Source: an uncultured archaeon (lineage in GTDB: Archaea > Thermoplasmatota > Penumbrarchaeia > JASLWR01). Taken from it: DNA of 64,000 nt. Every line of letters starts with the position of its first letter. Within the stretch, counting starts at the first letter, position 1. The DNA is taken from positions 64,001 through 128,000 of the forward strand of contig CAYFHS010000005.1 of the NCBI GenBank assembly GCA_964342815.1. The letters are read 5' to 3'. A model generated the notes under the pieces. The model worked only from the letters and a program-made list of their open reading frames with translations, searched no databases and was not told the origin of the DNA. Of the stretch, positions 36,109 through 46,352 are shown in pieces. A program made the position numbers and the translations under genes.

Positions 36109-37266
36109 TCATACTTTTCCATCATGTGATTTCAAAGGACCGCTCTTTTTTTCCTTTTTATTTGAAAGTACAAAGAAAAGCGTTATCAGTCCCACGAAAA
36201 ACACGAAAAGCGTAATCTGAACAGGCAAGCTGACATATTTTTTTATTGCGTCAACCATATATGCGATGGCCAGGCAGCCGACAAATGCACCGATGGCCAC
36301 GGACATCAATACCTTCCAGGGTTTCAGACCCATTAGTCGTCCCACTATGGAGGCGGTCAGACCTCCGCTGCCCTGGAAGGGTATCATCACCAGTAATATA
36401 ATGAAGATCACGGCGATACTCCTGAGCCTGGGATATTTTTCAAGCATAGCGCGGGATTTTAATTCTATCGCATTGATCAAACGGCCTGCCCTTTTCCACT
36501 TCTTCATCAGGTCGATATTGTTCACGATGAACCACGCGAGGAGGCTGTCCATGATTGCCAGGTTTACCGCTATCAGGTACTGCCCGTAGCCGTGAAATGA
36601 AGGTGCGGTGCTAATGAGTACGGTTTTGTCCCCGGTCACAAATGGGATCATGTACAGACCGCTGGACGCGAGCAGACGGTTTGCCATGGAATGGGGCAGA
36701 CTGGCATAATATATCATGAACACCGCAAAAGCGGCCAAAAAGGGTCCGAAGAAGTTAAGCAGTACCCAGAGATATTCCCATCGATCCGCCGCTCTATCCG
36801 CCACGATCTTTCGGTCCACCACCTTTTCCACGGCCTTGGGGGGTTCGATAATGATCTTTTTTCCGGTAACGGCGGTTTTTATCGCTGCTTCCTTACCAAT
36901 CTGAGCAGATGTTATTACAGCATCTTTCCCGATCACGGCGGTCTTAACCACGGCATCTTTCCCGATCACAGCGGTCTTGACCACGGCATCTTTCCCGATC
37001 TCGGCAGTCTTAACCACGGCATCTTTCCCGATCACAGCGGTCTTAACGACAGCATCTTTCCCGATCTCGGCAGTTTTAACGACGACATCCTTCCCGATCT
37101 CGGCAGTCTTTATTACCACTTCTTTCGATCTTTCCTTCACCGTTCCCAGTGCATACCCAGTGGAGATAGGGAAATCGATTATCTTTTCCGTGTCCGATCT
37201 TTCGGCATATCTCCCCTTCCTTTCCATACCACAGATATCGTTTTTCTCCTGGTTCATTTTCATCAT
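36109..37266 (-). CDS. Membrane protein with a small multidrug-export-like (COG2426-like) domain and N-terminal 11-aa repeats
   Basis: MIPFQGSGGLTASIVGRLMGL TM motif; eight 11-mer repeats near the N-terminus. Confidence 0.85.
   Translation of the reverse strand: MMKMNQEKNDICGMERKGRYAERSDTEKIIDFPISTGYALGTVKERSKEVVIKTAEIGKDVVVKTAEIGKDAVVKTAVIGKDAVVKTAEIGKDAVVKTAVIGKDAVVKTAVIGKDAVITSAQIGKEAAIKTAVTGKKIIIEPPKAVEKVVDRKIVADRAADRWEYLWVLLNFFGPFLAAFAVFMIYYASLPHSMANRLLASSGLYMIPFVTGDKTVLISTAPSFHGYGQYLIAVNLAIMDSLLAWFIVNNIDLMKKWKRAGRLINAIELKSRAMLEKYPRLRSIAVIFIILLVMIPFQGSGGLTASIVGRLMGLKPWKVLMSVAIGAFVGCLAIAYMVDAIKKYVSLPVQITLFVFFVGLITLFFVLSNKKEKKSGPLKSHDGKV
36862..37125 (-). repeat. Coding 33-bp tandem repeat, 8 units, consensus KDAVVKTA(E/V)IG
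   Basis: Visible in the DNA (GCATCTTTCCCGATCACAGCGGTCTT-like units) and in the protein, aa 48-135. Confidence 0.95.
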
Positions 37267-37298
37267 CCCGGAAAAAAAACAATCAATTTAGTAATAAA

Positions 37299-38549
37299 TC
37301 AGTTATTGACCCTGTAACGCAGTATCCCGGCCACTCCACCAAACGCCCTCATGAGCATATCCCCCTCTTCGCTGGCCGAAGATATGATCTCAACATCGGT
37401 TCCCATGCTTTCCGCCATGGCGGTCATCTCTTCCACCAGATCCCTCTTTTCGGAGATGATCATATCGTTTTTGCATTCGGGACAGGCTTTTTTCGCCTCC
37501 CTGTCCTTATCGTCGATGATCTCTAATGAGGTTCCGTCGCTCTCGCATTTGTAGACAATTATGTCCTTTCGAATCCCCTCGCTGATGAGAAGGGTATCAA
37601 GCGCTCCAACGGTAATTGCATTTCTTACGGGGTCTATGCCGTAAGTGGATAGTCCTCCGTGTTCCTTTCGAATCTCCTTGAAGAAGTTCTCCATCAAGCG
37701 TTTTTCCCGAAAGAGTTCGATCTTCTCTATTGTCTTAGCGGCATTCCCGGCAAGCTCCTTGAGACCAAAATCGTTGGTATAACCGGTATCGAAGGTATCG
37801 ATGACGATTTTCCGTAATTCGTGATGAATAAAATCCTTGCTGATGAAATAGTTTTTTGTTGAACCCGGCCCTCCCACGAGTATTCCTTTCAGACCATCCA
37901 GTTCCAGAAAAGCCTGGTTGACCCGCTCCCCCACCTTCTGGTAGAAATCGTGGGCGGCGATCTCGATCAACCGCTCGAACCTCTGGGCCGACTGTCCTCC
38001 CTTGCCGTGTTTGCTGGGCACTCTCGAGGGTAAGTTGTGGATGCATTCGATCTGTTTTCCGCTGATGAGTCCGATGGTAGCCTCGCTTCGGTCTATGACT
38101 ATGAGGCCGTAAAGGTCCTCGCTGCCCAGCATGTTCTCCAGCTGCTCAAGGTAGAAATCGCTGTCGCATCGGTAGAGAAATGTTGTAATGGGAATTGGAG
38201 GCTCGATACAGTTCTGGGTCATATGCGTCTGGTTAGCCCCAACGTCATGATGTCCAACGAAGAAGACCAGACCGTTCTCCGGAACCTCTTTCCACATCTT
38301 CAGCCTGGACAAGATAGATTCGATTGCTCCGGTGACGTTCTTTCGGGTGGACTTCGATTTGATATTCGAAGATTCCGAAAACTCATTACGGAGATACGAG
38401 CTGACGTCTTCCAGTCTCTTGGTTGGCGGTATATACAATGATATCAGCTGGGTACCTCGGCCCTTGAACTTCCTGATCTCTTCGAGAAACAGTTTCAGGC
38501 GGTACCGTTCCTTAGCATCCAGGCTCTTCAGTTTTGACATCACTTTCAC
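37299..38549 (-). CDS. prf1: Peptide chain release factor aRF1
   Basis: NIKS, YRCDS, GGQ (GKGGQSAQRF), C-terminal FGGVAGILRY. Confidence 0.98.
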   Translation of the reverse strand: MKVMSKLKSLDAKERYRLKLFLEEIRKFKGRGTQLISLYIPPTKRLEDVSSYLRNEFSESSNIKSKSTRKNVTGAIESILSRLKMWKEVPENGLVFFVGHHDVGANQTHMTQNCIEPPIPITTFLYRCDSDFYLEQLENMLGSEDLYGLIVIDRSEATIGLISGKQIECIHNLPSRVPSKHGKGGQSAQRFERLIEIAAHDFYQKVGERVNQAFLELDGLKGILVGGPGSTKNYFISKDFIHHELRKIVIDTFDTGYTNDFGLKELAGNAAKTIEKIELFREKRLMENFFKEIRKEHGGLSTYGIDPVRNAITVGALDTLLISEGIRKDIIVYKCESDGTSLEIIDDKDREAKKACPECKNDMIISEKRDLVEEMTAMAESMGTDVEIISSASEEGDMLMRAFGGVAGILRYRVNN

Positions 38550-38655
38550 CGTAACGGGAACAGTTCACTTAATCAGAGGAATGATATTAACATTTTATCG
38601 TTCTATAAATCAGATTGGGAGATTGAAAAACCGATGCGACTATAAATAATAAAGA

Positions 38656-38685
38656 GGGCTTGCGAGCTCCAGCAAACGCAAGCCC
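38656..38685. repeat. Dispersed palindrome GGGCTTGCG-N12-CGCAAGCCC (copy 1)
   Basis: Perfect 9-bp inverted repeat; related copy at 60185-60212. Confidence 0.7.
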
Positions 38686-38831
38686 GGGCTAAAAATATAT
38701 ATCAAACTATATGGAAACAGAAAGGAAGGCTTGCCTTCCAGGTCGGTAGGAGCCGACCGTTATTTATACGGTCCGTTTGCACATGGGCATCTATGAAGAA
38801 ACCGGTTATCATGTCAAAGATAGCTATAAAA

Positions 38832-41800
38832 TTAATCATCCTTTTTGTTTTTTCCTTCTTCTTCAGGCTCCCCACTAACATCCGTTGACGGTTTCACCCT
38901 CCCGATTTCGTCGACATCTTCTTCCGATTTCGAGATTATTTTCTCATCCCCAAGCTCTAGACCATTGGCTGATGCATTCCCTTTCCGTTTCTTTAAGATC
39001 AGAACGATAACAAACCCAACCATGAGAGAAAAAATGGAGGCGACAAGAACCTTTCCCCACGTGGGTAAACTATCTTCTTTACCCGAAGTCTCTTCGTCTA
39101 TTATGGGATTATTCCCTACGACAATATCAAAATTGGCATTCTCATTATATCCCACGTTCCCTTCTGCATCGTATACAGTCAGAGACACCTTGTAGGTACC
39201 CAATTCGTCGAAAAGATAATTTACTTCTTCGCCATACAGTTTAAAAGTTCCGTGTTCGGAGCTGATGGTCCAGGTCCAGTTTACTATGTCAGAATTATCG
39301 GTACTCTCGCTTCCGTCAAGATAGATCATTCCCCTTTTATATACTTTGTATCGATTAGCTGAGCTAACGGGAGTCGGTGATGTCGTATCTTTAATAGTGA
39401 CAGTTGTAAAGTCCGTTGCTGTTTTTCCCTCAATATCGGTAACGGTAAGTTCAACCTGATATATTCCGATCTTGTCGAATGTGAAATTTACTATCATTCC
39501 CGAAAGGGTTCTTAGTATATTGGAGTGTTCGAAGGTCCATTCATAGCCGGTTATACGAGAGACATCCGTTGAAAATGAGCCATTCAGTATGATTTTGGTT
39601 CCTGCCTCCGCGGTCTGGTTCTCCCCTGCATTGGCTATTAACTTTGGTATATAATTGACAGTTATCATTTGAACGTCCGTGTCCAAGTTACCGGCCGCAT
39701 CGAATGCGTTTAATGTAACATTGAATATTCCGTCCATATCGAAAGGGAATGATACAATCTTCCCGTAGAGTTTCACAATCCTATTCTCATAAGTGAACAT
39801 CCACGTATAGTTTACAATTCCTATATTGTCACTGCAAAGGGAACCGTTGAAGATGAAACTTTTGTACTGCTCAATGATTTCATCGGTTCCTGCATTGACA
39901 ACTGGAATCTCGTGATCGTAGACTTCCAAACTGATATTGTTTGTGCGATTTGTATTGTTGGAAATGTCTGTTGCCTCAAAATAGAATTCTATCGATATGG
40001 CATTTGATGGCAGAGGGATGATAATGCGCCATGAAGCTCCCGTATTGTTCAATACCGGCCAGTTATAATGAGTTCTGTTATTTATCGAGAAATCGAATCT
40101 TACAGAGTCCAAACCGGGTTTCTCGGTGATGTTTACGGAAAATAGAGCAGATCGCCCGGTTTTTAATATACTATTCCAGGGTGTTCCGAATATCGGATTG
40201 TCATTGTCCGTTACGGGTCTGTTCCTTATGGTGCTCGTAAAGGAAAGATTCGACGTGTCAAGGATATGTATCGAAAAGAATAGATCCGTCAAACAATGAT
40301 CGAGAATGATAGAGCCAACCCATAAACCTCTCGATCTATTAAGTGAAAGATTGTTTTTTAACTCTCCATGACTCCAATTTACGTGAACAGAGGCAACTTC
40401 AACGTTATCCGAAGCCTTGATTTTAAATTGGAAAATGTCACCCGTCGTACCCACTGGTGTGGTATCGACATCACCTAAAACGGGTTTATCGTTGTCGGAG
40501 ACGGGAACGACATAGGGGCCGGTGATATTGGAATTACCTGCAATATCGTCGATTTGCAGATAATAGGTAAGATCATCGAGACTGTCGTCCAACGTTATCG
40601 TGCGGTTCCACTTATTGTTTTCGTTATCGTTTAATTTTACATTTCCGTCTAAATCTCCATGAGTCCAGCTAATATTTATACTTGAAACAAAGATATTGTC
40701 GGATGCTTTTATATCAAAGTTGTATTCATCACCGGTCGTGCCTCTCTCGGGGCTAATATCCTCTAATAGAATCGGTTCTACATTATCAATAATCGCATAT
40801 TTTAAATCCTTTTCTGTTTCATCATAATAACTTACATGGGGATTATCATTTGCATCTAAGGCCATAGAGGGGAGTTCTAAATTATTCCTCAAGTCCACAA
40901 TATCACGTTGCCATTGAATGCCATCGTAATATGCATATTTAACGTTGCCCTCCATATATCCACCATCCCCATAACTAACATGGGGGTTATTGTTGGTGTC
41001 CAATGCAAAACATATATCCCCCCCATCAACACCCACGCTTTCCGTATGCCATCCACTATCGTTACGATATGCATATTTTAGGTTCCCCGCGGAGTAAATT
41101 ATATGTGGGTTATTGAAAGTATCGAGAACTAGAGAAGGGGATCCACCGCTATCATCCAGAATTTCGGTAATCCAATTAACTCCATCAAAAAAAGTATAAG
41201 TTAATCGGGCTATTGACCTATTATAATAAATAAGATGCGGATTGTCAAGAGAATCTAATGCTATCGATGAAATAGAATTATAATGTATAGGTGCTATTGT
41301 CTCATTATACCACTGGCCACCATCAAGAAATGCGTATTTGAGATTCCCATCAAAACCGTCCACATCTTCATAATAACAAGCATGAGGGTTGTTATCGGAA
41401 TCTAAAACCATTGAAGGATGATCAATTCCTACCTCAGAGTTGGATACGGTCTCTTTATACCATTGACCCATATTCAAATGTGCATATTTTAATACGCCAC
41501 TATCAGCATAAATTATATGTGGGTTATTATTTGAGCCAATTTCTAGGCATGACCATTGCTTAAAACCTCCCATAGAATCTACGGTTTCATTATTCCATTT
41601 TAATCCATCGTAATATGCATATTTTAGCTTAAAATTAGATCTTTCATAATAACTGATATGTGGAAAATTCATTGTATCAATAGCAATCGAACTGTAATCA
41701 CCTACTATCCCATCAGAATAAACTGTTTGAATATACCAGTTGTTGCTTCTTGTAAAACTAGAAACAGGATTATTCCCTTCTATCGAACTTATGCTGGCAG

Positions 41801-41912
41801 CATCTCCCTCAGAAACAAAGTCATTATTCCAAATAAGAATTGGTCCGTTGCAGATATTGAACAAGAAAAAGCCAACAGCGAGAATTCCTACAAGAAACTT
41901 GGCTCTGATCAT
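38832..41912 (-). CDS. Surface protein with an N-terminal beta-propeller (PHISY...LKYA repeats), Ig and PKD domains, C-terminal TM anchor
   Basis: About seven repeats of S.ALD..NNPH(I/V).Y...LKYA; several PKD modules (ANAGENQ, YEWTF); TM VLVASIFSLMVGFVIVLIL. Confidence 0.9.
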   Translation of the reverse strand: MIRAKFLVGILAVGFFLFNICNGPILIWNNDFVSEGDAASISSIEGNNPVSSFTRSNNWYIQTVYSDGIVGDYSSIAIDTMNFPHISYYERSNFKLKYAYYDGLKWNNETVDSMGGFKQWSCLEIGSNNNPHIIYADSGVLKYAHLNMGQWYKETVSNSEVGIDHPSMVLDSDNNPHACYYEDVDGFDGNLKYAFLDGGQWYNETIAPIHYNSISSIALDSLDNPHLIYYNRSIARLTYTFFDGVNWITEILDDSGGSPSLVLDTFNNPHIIYSAGNLKYAYRNDSGWHTESVGVDGGDICFALDTNNNPHVSYGDGGYMEGNVKYAYYDGIQWQRDIVDLRNNLELPSMALDANDNPHVSYYDETEKDLKYAIIDNVEPILLEDISPERGTTGDEYNFDIKASDNIFVSSINISWTHGDLDGNVKLNDNENNKWNRTITLDDSLDDLTYYLQIDDIAGNSNITGPYVVPVSDNDKPVLGDVDTTPVGTTGDIFQFKIKASDNVEVASVHVNWSHGELKNNLSLNRSRGLWVGSIILDHCLTDLFFSIHILDTSNLSFTSTIRNRPVTDNDNPIFGTPWNSILKTGRSALFSVNITEKPGLDSVRFDFSINNRTHYNWPVLNNTGASWRIIIPLPSNAISIEFYFEATDISNNTNRTNNISLEVYDHEIPVVNAGTDEIIEQYKSFIFNGSLCSDNIGIVNYTWMFTYENRIVKLYGKIVSFPFDMDGIFNVTLNAFDAAGNLDTDVQMITVNYIPKLIANAGENQTAEAGTKIILNGSFSTDVSRITGYEWTFEHSNILRTLSGMIVNFTFDKIGIYQVELTVTDIEGKTATDFTTVTIKDTTSPTPVSSANRYKVYKRGMIYLDGSESTDNSDIVNWTWTISSEHGTFKLYGEEVNYLFDELGTYKVSLTVYDAEGNVGYNENANFDIVVGNNPIIDEETSGKEDSLPTWGKVLVASIFSLMVGFVIVLILKKRKGNASANGLELGDEKIISKSEEDVDEIGRVKPSTDVSGEPEEEGKNKKDD

Positions 41913-42039
41913 CTGGTTCCCCCGATCATTAGATTATCACTTTACTATGGAATCTCCATTATTTAACGTTTGTCACTTTCTTCCCGTTACTGTGAGGATG
42001 CAATATCCAATAGATAATGGGGTGAATTTCCGGGGTCAC

Positions 42040-43266
42040 TCATTTCATCCATCGGTCAAGAGTCGAATCGCACCATCCATTAAGCTTTATAAAAGGGCGG
42101 GCCCGATTGACCACAGCTCCCAGGGAACGCAGTTGTTCCCGCTTTATGATTTTTTCCCGTTTTCTCATAATTACTATGCGGGATGCGCTCTTCGGGCCGA
42201 TTCCGGGTATGCGTACCAATTCCCGGTAACTAGCGTGATTTGGGTCTATGGGTGAATCAAAAGTCTCTCGGGCTATTGTGGTTTTTGGGTCGGTATTGGC
42301 GAGATAACCTTCGTCACCGAATGCATGGCCGATCTCCTTTTCATCAAGATTGTAAATTCTGTAAAGCCAGTCCATCTGGTACAGGCGGTGCTCCCGCCAC
42401 AGGGGCTGAGCTTCCCTCTTTTCATAAGCGGTCCCGCCTATGGGATGAAAAGACGAGTAGTATACCCTTCGCATGTCCAGTTTTTTATATTCATACCGAA
42501 TGCTGTCGAATATCTCACGGTCTGACTCATCTGTACCGCCCACGATCAGCTGGGTTGTCTGGCCGCCGGGCAGGTTTCGATATTTCAGGATATTTTTTAT
42601 GTAGCGCTGTCGTGATATAATATCGTTTTTGTAATCTTTGGTGGGACAAATCTCATCCATATATATGGGTGAAGTCGTCTCTATGTTTATCGATAAGCGG
42701 TCCGCCGGTTCCGCGGCTTGCTTTATATGATCAAGTGAAGTGCCGGGCAGGACCTTCAGATGAATATATCCCCTGAAATTATACTTATTCCGGAGCAAAT
42801 TCGCGCTCTCGATCATCTTCTCCATAATAACTTCCTGGTCACGGCCTGCCCCCGAGCTTAAAAACAGTCCCTCGATATATTTTTCCCGATAAAGCTTCAT
42901 GGTGGTCCGCGCCAGTTCCCCGGGTGTATATGATATTTTCTTTGATCTATTCGTGCAGTTGGAGGCATTTGTACAGTAGTTGCATTGGTGATGGCAGGAA
43001 TTGGTAAACAGAGTTTTGAAAAGCGATACACGTCGGCCGTTTTGGCCCCATGCATGATACACACATGCTTTGGATATCTCGTCTTTTTGGTCGATTGGAT
43101 CTTTACCCGAAAATGTGTATTTCGAGCTGAATCTATCGCGTTTGATACCATATCCCAGTCTCTTTGCCTTCCCGATATCCACTTGCGGCTCAAAGAACGA
43201 ATTTTCTCCGAGAGTATCGAATTTACTCTGTGACGCGAGATGGGTGATCTTTTCGAGGGATACCAT
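42040..43266 (-). CDS. Putative DNA modification/repair radical SAM protein with HhH (TIGR03916-like)
   Basis: CHHQCNYC motif, GLFLSSG, YIHLKVLPG, ADRLSINIE, REHRLYQMDWL, LVRIPGIGPKSA. Confidence 0.92.
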   Translation of the reverse strand: MVSLEKITHLASQSKFDTLGENSFFEPQVDIGKAKRLGYGIKRDRFSSKYTFSGKDPIDQKDEISKACVYHAWGQNGRRVSLFKTLFTNSCHHQCNYCTNASNCTNRSKKISYTPGELARTTMKLYREKYIEGLFLSSGAGRDQEVIMEKMIESANLLRNKYNFRGYIHLKVLPGTSLDHIKQAAEPADRLSINIETTSPIYMDEICPTKDYKNDIISRQRYIKNILKYRNLPGGQTTQLIVGGTDESDREIFDSIRYEYKKLDMRRVYYSSFHPIGGTAYEKREAQPLWREHRLYQMDWLYRIYNLDEKEIGHAFGDEGYLANTDPKTTIARETFDSPIDPNHASYRELVRIPGIGPKSASRIVIMRKREKIIKREQLRSLGAVVNRARPFIKLNGWCDSTLDRWMK

Positions 43267-43505
43267 GATTGGGTCAGAAGAATATCGTTATTTAATATTC
43301 CTTGGAGGGCGGGTGAATGTAAAGGTTTTTTTGTCGACTAGCAGGGTGATTTAAAGTATACTTTTAGTTAACTTAATACTTGAATAAATATTAACCGAAT
43401 AAATTGAGAATTTGCCTATTCGAAAAATGTCTATGGCAAATAACAATTAAGATGAAACGTAATAGCTGTGGAGGAGGTCCAAACATGTTCGGTCGATATT
43501 ATATA

Positions 43506-46151
43506 TTACAAATCCCATCCATCCAAAGAAGAATCCTTGGGAGATACTGTCGAGGGTGATTTCACCTTTTTCGAGACCACTTTTCGCACAATTCGTTCCG
43601 ATTTCTCCTCCATGGGTGTTTCAATACCAGGGGTAGTAACATCGGCATTCGTATTCTCAACGTTCCTTTTGATCGGCGCCGCTTTTTCATCAGAAATAAC
43701 CTCAGTTTTTGGACTAATGTGTTTATCTTGTATTATTTCCTCTTTAGTTTGTACTGGCTGGGTTTGTCGTTTTGTCATGTTTTCCTGCCCGGCTACCTCC
43801 GATCTTTCTGCACTCATCACCGGTTTTTCTGGAGGATAAACATAATTTTGACATGGTTCACACCAGTAGCAGTTATATTCGGGGTAATACTCAGAATCCA
43901 AACCGCAGCCTGGGCAGATCGGATTTTTCGCCTTCACTTCATCAATTCCGGGAGTCACTTTGTGTTGTTCGGTGACCATTCTCTTTTCATCTTTTACCGG
44001 AGCCACATTTTGTTGTTCAGCTACTGTTCTAGTTTCCTCTGTTACCGGAGCCACATTTTGCTGTTCGGGAATGATTCGGTCTTCATGTATTTTCAGGTCG
44101 ATTTCCTTTGATTCCTCTTGTTTCCGCTTTCTCCTTAAAATAATTATTATCACAATGACCGATATTACAATTACAAGAATAATTCCAAGTATGATAAAAA
44201 GAACAGCGTAGGATAATCCCGAGAAATTTCCGGAAGTATCCTGATCCTCCCTGGATTTGACAGTAACGATTTTGTCCATGGAATCTTGGTTATTTGCGGC
44301 GTCCCTGACAGTTAGAATAATTGTATATGATCCCTTTTTTTTAAAACTGTAATAAATTTCATCCTCGTCTAGGGTGACATAACCGGTGGGGCCGTCTATA
44401 TTCCAGATCCATTCCACTATCCCGACGTTATCGGTACTCCCCGTCCCATCGAACCCTATTCTCTGCCCCGCTTTGATATTATGGAATTTTCCGGTGAAAT
44501 TGGCGGTGGGTTTTATTGCATCTCTCACGGTTATGGAATAGGTCTTTTCCGCATTATTATCCCATAGATCCGTCACGGTTAGTATGATATTATATTCTCC
44601 GCAAAGATCGAAATTGAAAACCGATTTTTTTTCATATAACATGACGGTACTGCCGTTGTAGGCAAAGGACCAGGTATAATTCGTAATATCGGTATTATCC
44701 TTCGCCACGGATGCATCCAGTAATACCTCTTCTCCCTGGTTCACTGTTTTTGGGATCATTGCCGATGGAATTGGAGGAATATTATCTTTAATTTCGATAA
44801 TGAAGTAATGCCGATGCTTATTCATAGAATCGTCTTCAACGAATAAAGTGATATTATATTCTCCGGGTATGTCGAATATGAAGTAGGATTTTTCTTCATA
44901 CAACCATACAAAGGAATTGTTATAGGAAAAAGACCATGAATAATTTGTTATTTCAACATTGTCCCGGGAATCCGTAGCATCCAATTCCACTTCATCACCC
45001 TGGTACGCGTACTCGGGAACTCTCCCCATTGCCGTGGGAGGAATATCGTCCGATACGATTATCGTTTTCAAAGCCGTACCAACGTTTCCTTCAGCATCGG
45101 ATAGCTTTAAAGTAATTTCGTATTCACCGGGTAGCACGAATACAAAAGAGAAATCTTCATTTGTGAAAATTTTCAACTCCCCGTCATATATGAAAGTCCA
45201 TTCGTATTCGGTTATTTCAACATTCTCGGTACTGTTTGAAGCAGTAAAATTGACAATCTCTCCGGAAGGGATCGATGTTTTATCCGCGATAATAACCGGA
45301 ACGGGTGGGCTCGTATCCACGAAGGATTCATCATTGATTATGATTTCCCGGTATTCGAGGAATTCCGGTTTGCTCATATATTTCTCGGTCTCTTCAAATC
45401 TCATTTGAATCCTGTATTCCTGTGGTGCAATAAGCTTTGGAATTGATTTGCTAATTGAATATTGTCCAAAATCATCAGTCAGATCTTGATACAATAACTG
45501 GCTTCCATGGTCCCATTCTAAATATGCTGACACTTCGACTGCCTTGACATATCGAGGAGGCGAGGTTTTTGTATCATCGAACATCTCCACCACCTCACCT
45601 GAAACGGTGATAATATCCGTGGAATTATATTCTTCTCCATTTGGTATGGAAGGATCAATCAATACTGTAACATAGGCTGATATTGGAAAGAGCACATCCT
45701 CGCTTTCAGAATAATCATAGGTTTCATCCCCCTTAAATATGCCAACCACATAAGCCTCACCTACCCCTTGAGTTTTTGGTACTTGAAAATCTGAATAGGA
45801 AAAGTCTCCGTTCTCATCTGTTATCGGGGTGGCTATAGCTGTTCCCAAAGGTGCAAATTTTGTCTTTTTCCAATATATTTCGATGGATTTACCGGGAATT
45901 CCGATCCGTTCGTCGTCTCTAAGCCGTCCTTGAATGGGAACCGTCTCCCCCTTTACACCAGCACCATCATAGACCTCCGCATTGCATGGAGCCAGAGGGA
46001 CCTCCCTTGACAAATCACCCTTCATATATTTATTAATTGAGTGAACCTCTGCTTCTTCCTTTGTTTGATCCCTAATGACTGAAAAAAAACAAACGCTGAA
46101 TATTATGACCATAGCTAATATAAACACAAATCTTCTTGGAAACAACTTCAT
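43506..46151 (-). CDS. Surface protein with Ig and four PKD domains, TM anchor, cytoplasmic 16-aa repeats and zinc ribbon
   Basis: Repeated DASxSxDN...YxWSF...GEYNITL; TM VLFIILGIILVIVISVIVIIIIL; EQQNVAPV repeats; CPGC...CEPC. Confidence 0.9.
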   Translation of the reverse strand: MKLFPRRFVFILAMVIIFSVCFFSVIRDQTKEEAEVHSINKYMKGDLSREVPLAPCNAEVYDGAGVKGETVPIQGRLRDDERIGIPGKSIEIYWKKTKFAPLGTAIATPITDENGDFSYSDFQVPKTQGVGEAYVVGIFKGDETYDYSESEDVLFPISAYVTVLIDPSIPNGEEYNSTDIITVSGEVVEMFDDTKTSPPRYVKAVEVSAYLEWDHGSQLLYQDLTDDFGQYSISKSIPKLIAPQEYRIQMRFEETEKYMSKPEFLEYREIIINDESFVDTSPPVPVIIADKTSIPSGEIVNFTASNSTENVEITEYEWTFIYDGELKIFTNEDFSFVFVLPGEYEITLKLSDAEGNVGTALKTIIVSDDIPPTAMGRVPEYAYQGDEVELDATDSRDNVEITNYSWSFSYNNSFVWLYEEKSYFIFDIPGEYNITLFVEDDSMNKHRHYFIIEIKDNIPPIPSAMIPKTVNQGEEVLLDASVAKDNTDITNYTWSFAYNGSTVMLYEKKSVFNFDLCGEYNIILTVTDLWDNNAEKTYSITVRDAIKPTANFTGKFHNIKAGQRIGFDGTGSTDNVGIVEWIWNIDGPTGYVTLDEDEIYYSFKKKGSYTIILTVRDAANNQDSMDKIVTVKSREDQDTSGNFSGLSYAVLFIILGIILVIVISVIVIIIILRRKRKQEESKEIDLKIHEDRIIPEQQNVAPVTEETRTVAEQQNVAPVKDEKRMVTEQHKVTPGIDEVKAKNPICPGCGLDSEYYPEYNCYWCEPCQNYVYPPEKPVMSAERSEVAGQENMTKRQTQPVQTKEEIIQDKHISPKTEVISDEKAAPIKRNVENTNADVTTPGIETPMEEKSERIVRKVVSKKVKSPSTVSPKDSSLDGWDL

Positions 46152-46352
46152 TTTTCCATACTCCCTGATCGTATGAATATGTAAGAATATTAATCAGAAT
46201 CAAGATAATGGACATGATATATATATTCATTTGGATTAATTAAATATCAATAGAAATCCTCATCATTGGGGCTTTTCCCATTGGAAAATTCTTCTCACGG
46301 ATAACACCGTAGGTTCAGGAGTTAAACAAATGCCTCTTCAAATAAAACAAGC

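Noticed and set aside
38738-38756. Minimal SRP-like motif CAGGTCGGTAGGAGCC
   Set aside because: The loop is not GNRA, the stem is one pair short, and there is no surrounding helix 5/6 framework.
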